Assembly: GCA_026025795.1 (NCBI GenBank) | Contig: JAPEUG010000066.1 | Span: forward strand, 1 to 60,382 | DNA length: 60,382 nucleotides | Direction of reading: 5' to 3' | DNA from: Thelocarpon superellum | Taxonomy: Eukaryota | In this document: piece after piece, positions 38,998 through 49,780 of the stretch | Layout of the letters: each line of letters opens with the position of its first letter | How positions within the stretch are numbered: the first letter of the stretch is position 1 | Translations under genes and position numbers: made by a program | The notes under the pieces: generated by a model | Databases searched by the model: none | Told to the model about the DNA's origin: nothing | What the model saw: the letters and a program-made list of their open reading frames with translations, nothing else

Positions 38998-39274
38998 TGG
39001 TGTTGAAGCGCCTGGACATCTTCAAAGCGCTCTCAGGACAGTCTGGCACGAATCATGATGAAAGTGGAGCTGTTCCAGAATTGCGCTCTCCATCGCCTGA
39101 CGAACGGACCGAGTATGGAAAGACGGGTTTAAATCTAGCTCGGGCGAGCACGAGTACCGTGCGGCTATGCATAGGCGGGCCTACTTGGTCCAACGCCCCT
39201 CCTGACACGATCTCAGGCCAAGTTCACCTCTACATGCACGCTGAAAAACATCGAACCATCTTGATGGGTATGCG

Positions 39275-42085
39275 TCACATCAGAATCTGCGAATGCATTA
39301 GCATGCATCCACGACGATGGGTGTGCCAGGAGCCAACGTACGCAATCACTCTCTTTGGCCGCCAGCGGGACGCCCATCTCCTCAAAAGTCTTGGGTCCCT
39401 TGCCGGGGACCCGCGCCGGAGAGGAATCGGCTGCGCGGGGCGGCTTGCCCGACGGCGGTCGTGACGCGGCCGCCACCGGCGCCGCGTTCGCCGGCGCCGG
39501 TCGGTCCACCAGCTGATGACGCGTGTGTGGCGAGGACGATCGTGACGCGCGCGACGGTGGCGCCCCTCCATCATGTAGCATCGACGCGAGCGATGGATTG
39601 CTGGCAGACGGGCTGTTGTCCCGTGACGACCGCAGCGGCCGCCGCGGGGGCCCACCGGGCGGCGGTGACAGCATCGGCTCGTAGCCCATGCGAGCATTCG
39701 TGGGCGAGGGACTGTTCAGCGGATGACCGCCCGGCAGCATCTGCATCCGATGCGTCCGGTCCAAGGCTGGGTCGGGGGGCGCCGAGAAGCCAATATCCAG
39801 CCGGGGCGGGTTGGTGGCCATCTCCTGCGGTTGATTCTCCGGCGACAGCATCCCAGGCGTACGATATCCCGGCGGTACCGGACCTGAGCTCACCCGGGCC
39901 CCCCGCCCCATCGGTCCACCGCCACGGCCCCACGCCGCGCCGGCGGCGGGCGCCGCCGTGTTCGGTCGCGGCGGCCCTTGTGACCCGCGGTAGTAGGCCG
40001 CTCCACTCGACGGCGGCCGCATCCCCGACGCAGACTGCGCATGGAGGTTGGGATTGATGCCAAAGGCGGAGCTGGGCCGGAGTGCCGGGCTGACGCCATA
40101 CGCGGTGGCGCCGCTGGCCGGCCGCCGGTCATCCGGTACCATGTTGTCCTCCATTGGATAGGGCGTGGCCGAGGTCGCGCGATCGGGCGGTCCCCCGATG
40201 TCGTGCACGTTCTGATGATGCGCCGCCGCATCACCCGAGCCGCGCGGGCCAGGCGCCGGCGGTTCCGGCATGTCGAGGCGCTCGTCGCTGATGGTCGGCA
40301 TGGCATTGGATGCGCTGCGGAACCGCTCCGGCCGCTTGCCGCGCTGTGACCCGTACTGCGATCGGATGCGTGCGATGGCCATCTCCTCGTGGTCCTTCCG
40401 CGACAGCGTGTTGGAGCGCGAGAGGCCGTCGATCCGACCCACCGCGTCCTTATTCCCATGCTCGGCCGCCATCTCATACCACCGCTGCGCTTCCTTGAGG
40501 TCCACGGGCGTGAACATGCCGATCTCGCAGAAGTAGCCCATGGCAAACTCCGCCGTCGGCAGCCCGCTGCGCGCCGCCCGCTGCGCGTAGGTAAAGGCGA
40601 GCTCGTCATTTTTAGCGAAGAGGCTGTCGTAGCCGCAGAGAAACCACTTGCTGATGGCCATGTCCGCCTCAGCCTCGCCTTGCCGCGCCGCGAGCGCGTT
40701 GTAGTGCAGCGACAGAGCCGGGTTGAAATCACATCCCAGCTGGCACAGCTCGTACGCCGACCCCATCTTCAGCTGGGCTTTGGCGAAGCCCAGGTATGCC
40801 GCCTTCTCGATGTTGATCCGCGCGCCGTTGATGTCGAGCGGAAGAAAGAGCTCGGGGATGTTTAGGTGTTCGAGCTCGTGCGCCTGCAGCATGCCGTACA
40901 CGTACGCCCCCTGCGGCGCGTTCTCGTCGGCGTGTTGTGCCGCGTATCGGATCAGGTGCACGCCCTTGGCAAAGTCTTGAGGCTGTCCGTGTTGGCCCAG
41001 CAGCGTCATCATGCCCAGACGGTAGCTCGAGGCCGAGTCGCCAAGTGCCACGCCCTTGTCGTAATGCTTGATGGCCTTGGCCGGGTCGTTGGAGCTCTCG
41101 TATTGCATGCCGATGCGATATTCCGCCCGCGCGTACCCATTCTCCGCCGCGCGCGAATAGCAGCGGAAGGCCTCCTTCTTGTCCACGCGGAAGCCGAACT
41201 TGCCAAACTCGAGCCACATGCCCCGCATGAATTCGGCGCGGGGATGATGCTGATCGGCGAGGAAGGAGACGATGCTGATGGCATCCACCCGGAGCTGATG
41301 TTCCACCTGCGGCGTCTGCGCCCGGGGCGTTTGAATCTCGGCCATGCGCAATTCATGCTGGATCGCCACCTCGACGTAGGCCAAGGCATCCTGCGCCCAC
41401 GCCAGCTGCATCTCGGGATCGTTGGAGTTCAGCACGGGGAGTCGCGCTTGCTCCAGCGTCGCCTCTTTCTCGTCGTCCGACGGCGGCACATTGGCCGGCG
41501 GGTCGACCAGGCGTGGAAAAGGGGAGAAGCTGGGCTGCTCCGGCGGAGCTTGAGAAGGCACGGCAGCCAGGCGGTAGTCATGTTGGTGCGGGATCGCTGG
41601 GGGCTCCGCGTAGCCGCCACCCATGGACGCCCTGGCCTCGGACGTGGCCCGACGTTGCTGCTCGGGCTCTTGCCGCGCCGGCGCGCGCGACAGGCGATCC
41701 GACGATTCGGACGGCATCAGGGAGGAGCGCCGGGGCGGCAGCGGAGTCGACGCCATGTCGAGATGGTCGAGCCGACCCGGGCCCGCGCTCGGCGACCATG
41801 GCCCGTCACCCTTGCGCGGCGGGTTGGCTTCGAGTTCCAGATACGCGAGGTTCTCCTGGATGTTTTCGGGGACTTCGGGCATGACCCTGGGGGCGGCGTC
41901 AGCGTGGGCCACCCTACCGACGTCGCCAGCCCCGACACGTACCGTTGCGGTGCAGGCGAGATGACTTCCGGCATGTAGAAGTCATCGACCCCGCCCGGCG
42001 TAAAGGTCGCCCGCAGATTGGGATTGCTCTTGTGTTGCTGCATCATGTTCTGACGAGGTTGGCGGTAGGCTAGAGAGACGGCCAT
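39275..42085 (-). CDS. SKT5: Sel1-repeat chitin synthase activator (Skt5/Chs4 family) with C-terminal CaaX
   Basis: Exons 42085-41943, 41886-39342, 39286-39275. Multiple Sel1 repeats (AFRCYSRAAENGYARAEYRIG; AQLKMGSAYELCQLGC; AEFAMGYFCEIG); KGPKTFEEMGVP...DC|ILM. Start uncertain because further in-frame ATGs lie upstream. Confidence 0.88.
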
Positions 42086-43051
42086 GGACCGGCAGTCAGC
42101 GAACATATATCTGAGCCAGCCGGTCGACCTCCGCCCAAGCACGAGAGCGAAGCGACCTACCTCCAACACCACCAGCGCCGCCTCTGACTGCGCCACGATA
42201 TTCCTGCTGGGGATAGGTTCCGCCATACCGCTGCGTGCGCGGTGGATACTGGGTGCGGGAGGCCATGGTGCTTTCGCCCAACCCCGGCAAGGACAAAGGC
42301 GTACGCGGCCGCAGCAGGACAAGCTCGCCGACGAGGAGGCCGCGTTCATGAGGCAGTAACCATGCACATGCTCTGCTGCCGACACCCTCGCGCCTCCGCC
42401 TGCACCTTTCTCACGCGAGCTTTGCAGAGGTGTTGATCGATGGATGAGCCAGCTCCGTACTTGTACCGAATGATGAGAGGGTAGAACAGGGGCATCCACA
42501 AGAATCTCAGCACGGGCGCGGTCGATCAAGGAGCTATTCTAGGTCTACAGGCCGGTAGCCATCCGGTCCAGGCCGCGCAACCGAACAAAGCGGAGGCGAG
42601 GCGCCGGAATACGAAGGTCGACGGCATGAAACGTTCACAGGTGCAAGCAGTAGTTAGGTAGTGGGGTCGACCACTGGCCCGAGTTAAAAGGATAGCGAGC
42701 ACCGAGAGCCTAAAGGCCCCGGCGCCGGGCTGGTACAGAGCGTGCACTCGTACTACGAGTGCCCCCTCTAGACTGACTAGTAGTCCCCGTCCTCAAATCT
42801 TGTGCAGGCGTTCCTCGTCCTACCGCTGATCGGCAATGATGGTCTTACGTCAAGGGGTCCGGGTTTCAAGCGACGACGGCTCAGCCGGTTGGTGCTAGAT
42901 CGGCCCAATTACAGCGCCCTCACGTCGATCCCGAGAGCCGGGATAGGGGAAATGGACCCGAGCAAGAGCGGCCAACATGGACGGGGCGCAAGGCCATGCT
43001 GGAAGAATCCGGCGGTGCTGAGTGCGGTGCACGGCATAGTGGGCGCGGTGG

Positions 43052-43100
43052 ATGTGGTGGGTGTGGTGGGTGTGGTGGGTGTGGTCCGTGTGGTCCGTGG
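43052..43100 (+). repeat. About 5x 9-nt imperfect tandem repeat GTGTGGTSS
   Basis: atgtggtgg gtgtggtgg gtgtggtgg gtgtggtcc gtgtggtcc, intergenic. Confidence 0.75.
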
Positions 43101-43638
43101 TGCAGGGCCGTCACCATGTGCCTGACTGGAGCATCTGACGTCCCTGTCCGGCAAGGGTGCTCTCGCGCTGACTACTCGTCGACTAGCCGTTGATCGAGTC
43201 GAGCGGATTCGTCACATGAGGCTACCATAGTCCAAGAGGGAGCACGAGGACCACAACATGCCAATGATGGTAGATAGGGTACGCAGGTAGATAAAGAGCT
43301 CGACGGCATGGTGCATGAAGAGGCTGGAAGAGGTCTTCTCCACACTGTTCACAGAAAATCCAGTGCGGGAAATTTACGAGTTGAGAGTTTTAATCTTCAG
43401 GAACAAGATGTCCGCCTCGTCATCTAAGAGCGCTACGGCGTCCAGCCGAGACGGCGGCGACAGAGCCGACAGAGGCAACGGCATTCGCCGTGCTTCGGCA
43501 AGATCGACCTACCTGCGCTGGTACCGCCGCATAGTGTGGACCTTTCTTCGCCGAGTGTCGGCCACGCTACAATATCGCAGCTTCATCTACACTCGACAGC
43601 TCGACCCCTCTCCCAGCCACACCCTCCGGCAGCTGACC

Positions 43639-44552
43639 ATGGCGGAAAAAGAGCTGTCGGCCACGCTGCGGCAGATCCATCAGACCCTGACGACGCGCGA
43701 CTACCAGCAATCGCTCAGCCTCCTCACGCGCGCCAAGCTGTTGCTCCTCGCGCTCAATGCCCTCGTCCCCTCCCCCGCCCTCCCGGAATCTAGCCTGCTC
43801 CTGGCACGAGAAACGTTCGAGCTGGGTGCGCTGGTGTCGATCCGGCGTCAAGATTACGACTCCTTCACCCGCTACTTTGAACAGTTACAGCCCTTCTATG
43901 ATCTGCCGCCGTCGGAGCTCTCGCCACAGAACAGCAAGCAGAGCAAGATCGTCGGCCTTCACCTGCTCCTCCTGCTGAGCCAAGGAGATTATGCTGGCTT
44001 CCATACCGTCCTGGAGAGCCTCGAGGTCGCTGCCGCCGCAGCGGGGGATGGCAGGAAAGGGCCCAAGGGAGGCAAGGCGGTCGAGGATGACCCATACATC
44101 CAATATCCCGTGAAGCTGGAACAAGACTTGATGGAGGGCGCCTACGACAAAGTGTGGGGCGCGACCAAGAGCGAGCGGGTCCCGAGCGAGGAATACGGCG
44201 TCTTCTCCGAGGTACGAAGCTTCATCGTGACCCAATCTTCACCGCCATCTCCGTCCGTGCTGAGACCATCTAGGTTCTGATTGGCACCATTCGCTCCGAG
44301 ATCGCCACCTGCTCGGAGAAGGCGTATCCGTCGCTGCCCATCTCCAACGCCAAGAATCTCCTCTTCCTCGACAGCGAGGGCAGCGTGATCGAGTTCGCCG
44401 AGAGCCGAGGCTGGCTCATCCGCGATGGGCGCATCTACTTTCCTCTACAACAGGAGCAGGGTGTCGGCGCGGAGAAGGAGATCCTGGTCACGAGTGGACA
44501 AGTGATTGAGAATACCATTGGCTACGCCCGGGAACTAGAGACGATCGTATAA
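43639..44552 (+). CDS. RPN12: 26S proteasome lid subunit Rpn12
   Basis: Exons 43639-44211 and 44274-44552. LARETFELGALVSIR, FTRYFEQLQPFY, YIQYPVKLEQDLMEGAYDKV, TIRSEIATCSEKAYPSLPI, IENTIGYARELETIV. Confidence 0.95.
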
Positions 44553-44574
44553 TCCGATGAATGACAGCTGGTGC

Positions 44575-45706
44575 TCACGCACCCCGTGCCAAGAGCTCCT
44601 TGGATGCATACATGCTTGCCTTGAAGCCGTATGGGTTCCGCGAATTGATGCCCAGGTGCGTAAAGGTATCTGGGGCGCAGACGATCAGCGTTTCCTGGTC
44701 TGACGTACGGGACAGAAAGAGGCACGCACCACATTTATAGTAGATGGCCGCGGATCGATCCACCGCACCGAGCTCGACTAGCTTATGCAACACTCTCCTC
44801 ACGTCGTGCTGGTCGGCGAAGTCGGCCGTGTAGATGCAGATCAAGCGCGACGCCCGGTCGTCTCCCGCCGGCTTGGTGGCGACCTTGGCGGCGATCCCTA
44901 GCTCGTTCGCCGCGGTCGACTTGGCGATCAGGCCCCAAACGTGGTCGACGATGCCTGGACTAGGAAACAGCATCCACTATCCGTCGTCCCTGAGCGCTTA
45001 GCTTCCGCTCTGTCCTTTCGTGCACGAGGTACGGGGACGGGTACGAAGAACATGTAGGGCGCTGCCATCTCTACCTTACCTTGCCAGAGGTACAGCGCTT
45101 CTCTGTTGCCGCGTGCAGCAACGCTTCTTCTACGGGCTTTCTCGCCTTCGTGACTGCTCTCTTGATTACGGCTTCGGGTCGACCCCGCAGTTGCTCTTCG
45201 ATCTGAGTCTTCTCGGTCATGAAGGCATCGAGCAATTCTTGGCCCGTCCGCGCGAGACCCGCCAAATCTTCGTCCAGCGGTCGGCGGGACGCATGCGGAT
45301 TAGCGATAAAGATCCATGGTCCGTACTCCTCCACGGAGGTGGAAGAAGGTGGCGCACGCCCAAGGAAGGCAGCGACGCTCTCCGAGAGCTGACGCCCTTG
45401 GATCTGGTCGGCGTAAGGATTGTAGAGGTGGCTTTTGTCGCTCCCCGTTCCTCTTTGAACAGAGGACGGTGCCCCGGTTTGGATGGAAGGCTTTTGATGC
45501 GCCCACCACTCCAACGGGTCGAACTCTGCCGATTGTTCTTCTAGGTAAGATCGTAGTTCTTCGTCTCCTGACCATTGATAGGAGTTAGTTCATGGCTATC
45601 GTCTCGCTTCCAATCTATGATCGTGCAGCAGACCATAGAAACTCGAATCATCGGAGATGTAGGCGTCGACGTTTAGAGCTCCACCTTCGCGCTTTGATGC
45701 GGTCAT
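44575..45706 (-). CDS. DUF1917 / BLES03-like (C11orf68, eIF4E-like fold) protein
   Basis: Exons 45706-45634, 45567-45080, 44976-44730, 44669-44575. SDDSSFYG, GPWIFIANP, TSGKWMLF, AAKVAT, RLICIYTADFAD, IYYKCDTFTHLGI, ASMYAS. Confidence 0.85.
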
Positions 45707-46160
45707 CGTGATTGATCGTCTCCGGAAGACTTATCGAAGAAGATTGACCATCATTACATGGCGATCAGAGATGACATCATTGGGAAGCCCGGCGAATGTA
45801 AATCTCCAGTACGAGATGATGGCCTGCGCAGTCATGAAGTACACTGTAGCTCGTAGTTCTAAAAGAATTATGCAGAGATGCTGCCAGAGCCTTGCAATCG
45901 AACGTTCAGGCGGTCGCAAAAGTGGAACGAGCGGGGATTGGCGAGTGGGGGAACGAAACACGATCTCTGGATCATTCTTAGATCGGCACCTGGTGAAACC
46001 GTTTCAACGCTTGTCTCCCGGCTTCACATGCGTAAACGCACAAATCTGAGATCTCTGAAATGTGTCAGTCTGGATCATCATGTCAATCCCTCTCGTGAGA
46101 GTTATACCTGGTCCCGCTGCTCACCTCTAGGTTCTCCGTGTGCGTCATTCCTTGATCAAC

Positions 46161-47419
46161 ATGGTCGAAACAGTTCGTGTCCACGACTCGCGGAGCCTGG
46201 AATTCCCACCAAGTTGTGTCGAGTTCTTGCCTCTCCATCCCAGCTGTTTCGTCGTGGGAACCTACGATCTCCAAGTGGATCAGGGAATCCAAGGCAACAA
46301 TGAGGGAACAGCGGAGAGCGGTCCGCAGGAGCGTCGTGGAAACCTGCTCCTGTTCCAGGTAATCGACAACCTCATGTAATGCTCACGCGGGGCCGCAGAG
46401 GGCCGCAGATTGGCTCGTGACACCCTGTGATCGCGATTACTGATTTCGTCGACAGAAGTGCCCTCCAATCCACCTCGTGTGTCTCCGCGGTGCTCGATGT
46501 CAAATTCTCGCCAGCACACCGTGATACTCTCGCCGTTGCAACGAGCACTGGCTGCGTCACAATAGCAACGGCAACTCCCACCCGGATCCCGCACATTTCT
46601 CAGCGTAGGACTTTTGATCTTTTCCCTTCTACCACGCTTGTGCTGTCCGTGGCATGGCACCCTTCAGGTAAAATCCTTGGGGTGACGCTTTCGACGGGAG
46701 AAGTCCACCTCCTTGCGTATGATCTGGTCAAGCCTTCGTTGGAGCTGATCATGCAAGTGCACCACCACAGCTTGGAAGCGTGGACACTGGCATTTGCATC
46801 GACGGCGTTGCCAAGCATGGTGTACTCGGGAGCAGATGATGCCATCCTACAGTGGACACGATTTCACATGGTGGACGGGGCCAAGGAAGTGGAAATCAAC
46901 GCGACAGAATCCTTAAGAAGAGCTCACGACGCTGGAGTGACGGCAATCCTGCCTATACCGATCGCGAATGGATCGGGAGATCTGGAAGTCGTCTTGACGG
47001 GAAGCTATGATGATCACATTCGGGTTGTCGACATCAAGTCGAGGAGGGTTCTTGCGCGAGAAAATCTCGGCGGCGGCGTCTGGCGTCTGAAGCTCATCAC
47101 GGACTGGCAGATATTGGGGGCGAGTCGAGTGACAGAAGAGGACAGCCGGATGAACGAGGCCGCAGATGGTGGACACAGTTTCCGAGTTCTTGCCTCGTGC
47201 ATGCATGCTGGTCCACGGATAGTCGACGTCACCTTCGCGCCGGACGGAAGCTGGACCCTTGATATCATCGCGAAAGTGGAAGTACACCAGAGCATGAATT
47301 ACGGGAGTGACGCTCAGCCGGTGCTCGCTGGAGATGGAACAGAGCAGCATCGAGTCACCTGTGTCTCGACAAGCTTCTATGATCGACTGCTATGTGTATG
47401 GGACTGTGCAACGAGATGA
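46161..47419 (+). CDS. DPH7: Diphthine methyl ester hydrolase Dph7/Rrt2 (WD40)
   Basis: Exons 46161-46375 and 46456-47419. PPSCVEF..FVVGTYDL, HSLEAWT, YSGADD, HDAGVTAILP, LTGSYDD, LGGGVWRL, LASCMHAG, HQSMNYG, STSFYDRLLCVW. Confidence 0.9.
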
Positions 47420-47487
47420 GGTCGTCGCAGTCCGCACAGATCTGATCATTCACAGGCGATGATCATGAAAGGGTTGTTGGCTGTGAT

Positions 47488-48404
47488 TCACGTCGTGGGC
47501 AACTTCGCTTCTGAATCAGCCTGCTGGGCATCTATGCAAGCTTGCCACACTTCGGATACCCCCTCGACGCCGTCCCACTTGTCCAGGAACCTTGACACGT
47601 CGGCCCACTCCTTTGAGACTTCGCCTCTCTTCCCTTGACGCATCAGTTCTCGAAATCGTTGGGGAGCATCCATGACCCATCGAGCCGTCTGCCGCTGCCG
47701 TTCCTTGTCAGACGAGGTCCCCGCTGCCGGCTCGTCGGGGACCGTCGGACTTCGTTCTCGTAACGCTGTCGCCAAGGTGGCCGAGACCTCGGCGATATGT
47801 GAGATGGCCGGAGCGAGGGTGGATGTAGTCGGAGCTAGGGGATCCATATTGGAGCGCATCTAGGAGAGAGATCAGCCGGCTTGGACGAGACATCCAGTGG
47901 GACTCAAGTAATACATTTCGAATGGTGTCCGTCGCTGTGATGAGCTTGGAATAGTTGTCGTAGACGAGCGCCTTTCGCTCGCCGTCAAGATTTCGTATCT
48001 CTGTGAGGATGGCATCAGCGGTCTTTTCCCCTGCGCCTACAACCTCTGCCGGTTGACGAACCATTGACCAGCCTCCCCTCAACCTTGAGCACGCCTTCTA
48101 AGCCTTCCTTCTCCAACAGTCCCCGGACATAGGCGTCCGCATCGAATCCGTCGTCATCTAGCTCGCTCTCTTCGACCCCGACGTCATCCTTACTCTCTGG
48201 CTCGCTAGGTGTCTCCTCTGGCGCCGATCCCTTGAGACCGTAATAGTCCCGCAGAGCGGCACGATTCCGTCGTTGCTGCGGGTGTGGTGGTCGGGAAGGG
48301 GACGTGGTCTGGGAGCGAGTCACGGTATCAAGGGAAGGTCGGCGCGATGAAGTGGGGGTGACGAGCGATGTGATGGAGGGACGCGGAGAAGCAATGGTTG
48401 ACAT
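47488..48404 (-). CDS. VPS51: GARP complex subunit Vps51/Ang2
   Basis: Exons 48404-48062, 48000-47915, 47859-47488. MSTIASPR, RRNRAALRDYYGL, EIRNLDGERKALVYDNYSKLITATDTIR, MRSNMDPLAPTTSTL. Confidence 0.92.
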
Positions 48405-49069
48405 GGTTGAAGATCAACCAGACTTGTCATTTATACCATGGTATTTGAACATGACATGTCCAGTCTTTGACTCTGAGAGCACCGAGTGAGCGTCTTTTCA
48501 CGTTCTAGTGATGCTGCGTAGACTATCCTGCAATCAACGAATGACACGGCGGGTGCAGTCGTCTATGGAGCGATTGCAGCGTCGGCAGTTCGGTTCACAT
48601 CCACACCACGACAACATCGATACTCCGACGCCCCCGACGAGCTCTTCCCATCAACGGTCATGCTCACATTGTCATCTCTACGCTGCAGGGGAGACGAGAG
48701 CAGACTACGATCTGACAATGACTCGTTCCAGCGGCAAGGCAACGGAAGGGCGACCCAGACTGCTCGCCATGCCAAGCCAGGGGCCCCCTTCAAAACCTCC
48801 TGAGGGTCCCTGAACGGCCGTGATAAGGAGTCGAGTAAAGGAGGATCCAGCTTTCAAATGGCCATGTACCATCCAGGCGTTGAGACTGTTTGGAACACCC
48901 TGTTACAAGCATCCCTTCGCTCCTTCGTATGACCACATCTACTCTTCGTCGACGTCCAAGCTTTTGTCGTCGCCCATTCACCGGTTGCCAACCTGCCCAT
49001 CTTTCTCTCGCTCGTTGAGCAGACTTGAGTCGACACTTTCCTCTCATCTCAACTGGTCCCTTTGCAGTC

Positions 49070-49780
49070 ATGATGGATCTCTTCGCCCTCCTTCTCTTCA
49101 TCTTCGTCTCCATCGACCGCTCCCAGGGTGCCTCGTCCTCCCCCGGAACGCTACCGTGTCCGCTCCCAAATGGCAGCTATTGTCTCGGTGACTCTCTCAA
49201 AACCAACATCATCATCCGCTGCACAAGCGGAGTCGGCTTTCCTGCCAATTGCGCTGACAAGTACGTTGAGCCTCCAAAAGGATAAGAACTAGAACGGGAT
49301 CTTACCAAGTTTTCCTCCAGCCTCTCGGGGGTGCCGCCGGTCGGGGTTGCCAACGCGCCATGCTACCAAAGCAGCCCATTGTCAGCCAACGCGGCATGTT
49401 CGAAGAACGGCATTGTTTACGACTCCAACGGCAGCTACCCTGTCCCAAGCGCGAATATGTCGTCTAGTATCTCAGCCAGCGCCAGCACGACACTCTATCC
49501 GATGGGAAACACCACCTCGTACGTCAGCGGCACCTGCAGTTCTACTCTAGCGGCAACGCCGTCCACCGCGGAGGGAAGCAACCGCGGAGGACCGATCTCA
49601 TTGACGGGCAGCGTGGCGGCTACCACTTCCCTACACACCCCAGTCGTCCCCACCGTTTCGCCTTCGAGCAACGCGCACCTCTCCAGCGGCGCCTTAACGG
49701 TGACGACGACCTGCAGAGGAGATCGCACTCGGCATCTCCTGGCCGTCGTTGGTGTCGCAGCCTTGCTTGCTCTGTTCTGA
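49070..49780 (+). CDS. Secreted, probably GPI-anchored protein: N-terminal Cys-rich domain plus Ser/Thr-rich stalk
   Basis: Exons 49070-49260 and 49321-49780. Signal peptide MMDLFALLLFIFVSIDRSQG; six-Cys domain (PCPLPNGSYCLGDSLKTNIIIRC...NCADNLSGVPPVG..APCYQSS..ACSKNG); S/T-rich linker; hydrophobic tail LLAVVGVAALLALF. Confidence 0.85.

Noticed and set aside
38937..39464. 175-aa plus-strand ORF starting near the 14-mer repeat and overlapping the SKT5-like 3' end
   Set aside because: No family features, and partly antisense to a real gene; a good ATG context at 38997 is not enough evidence.
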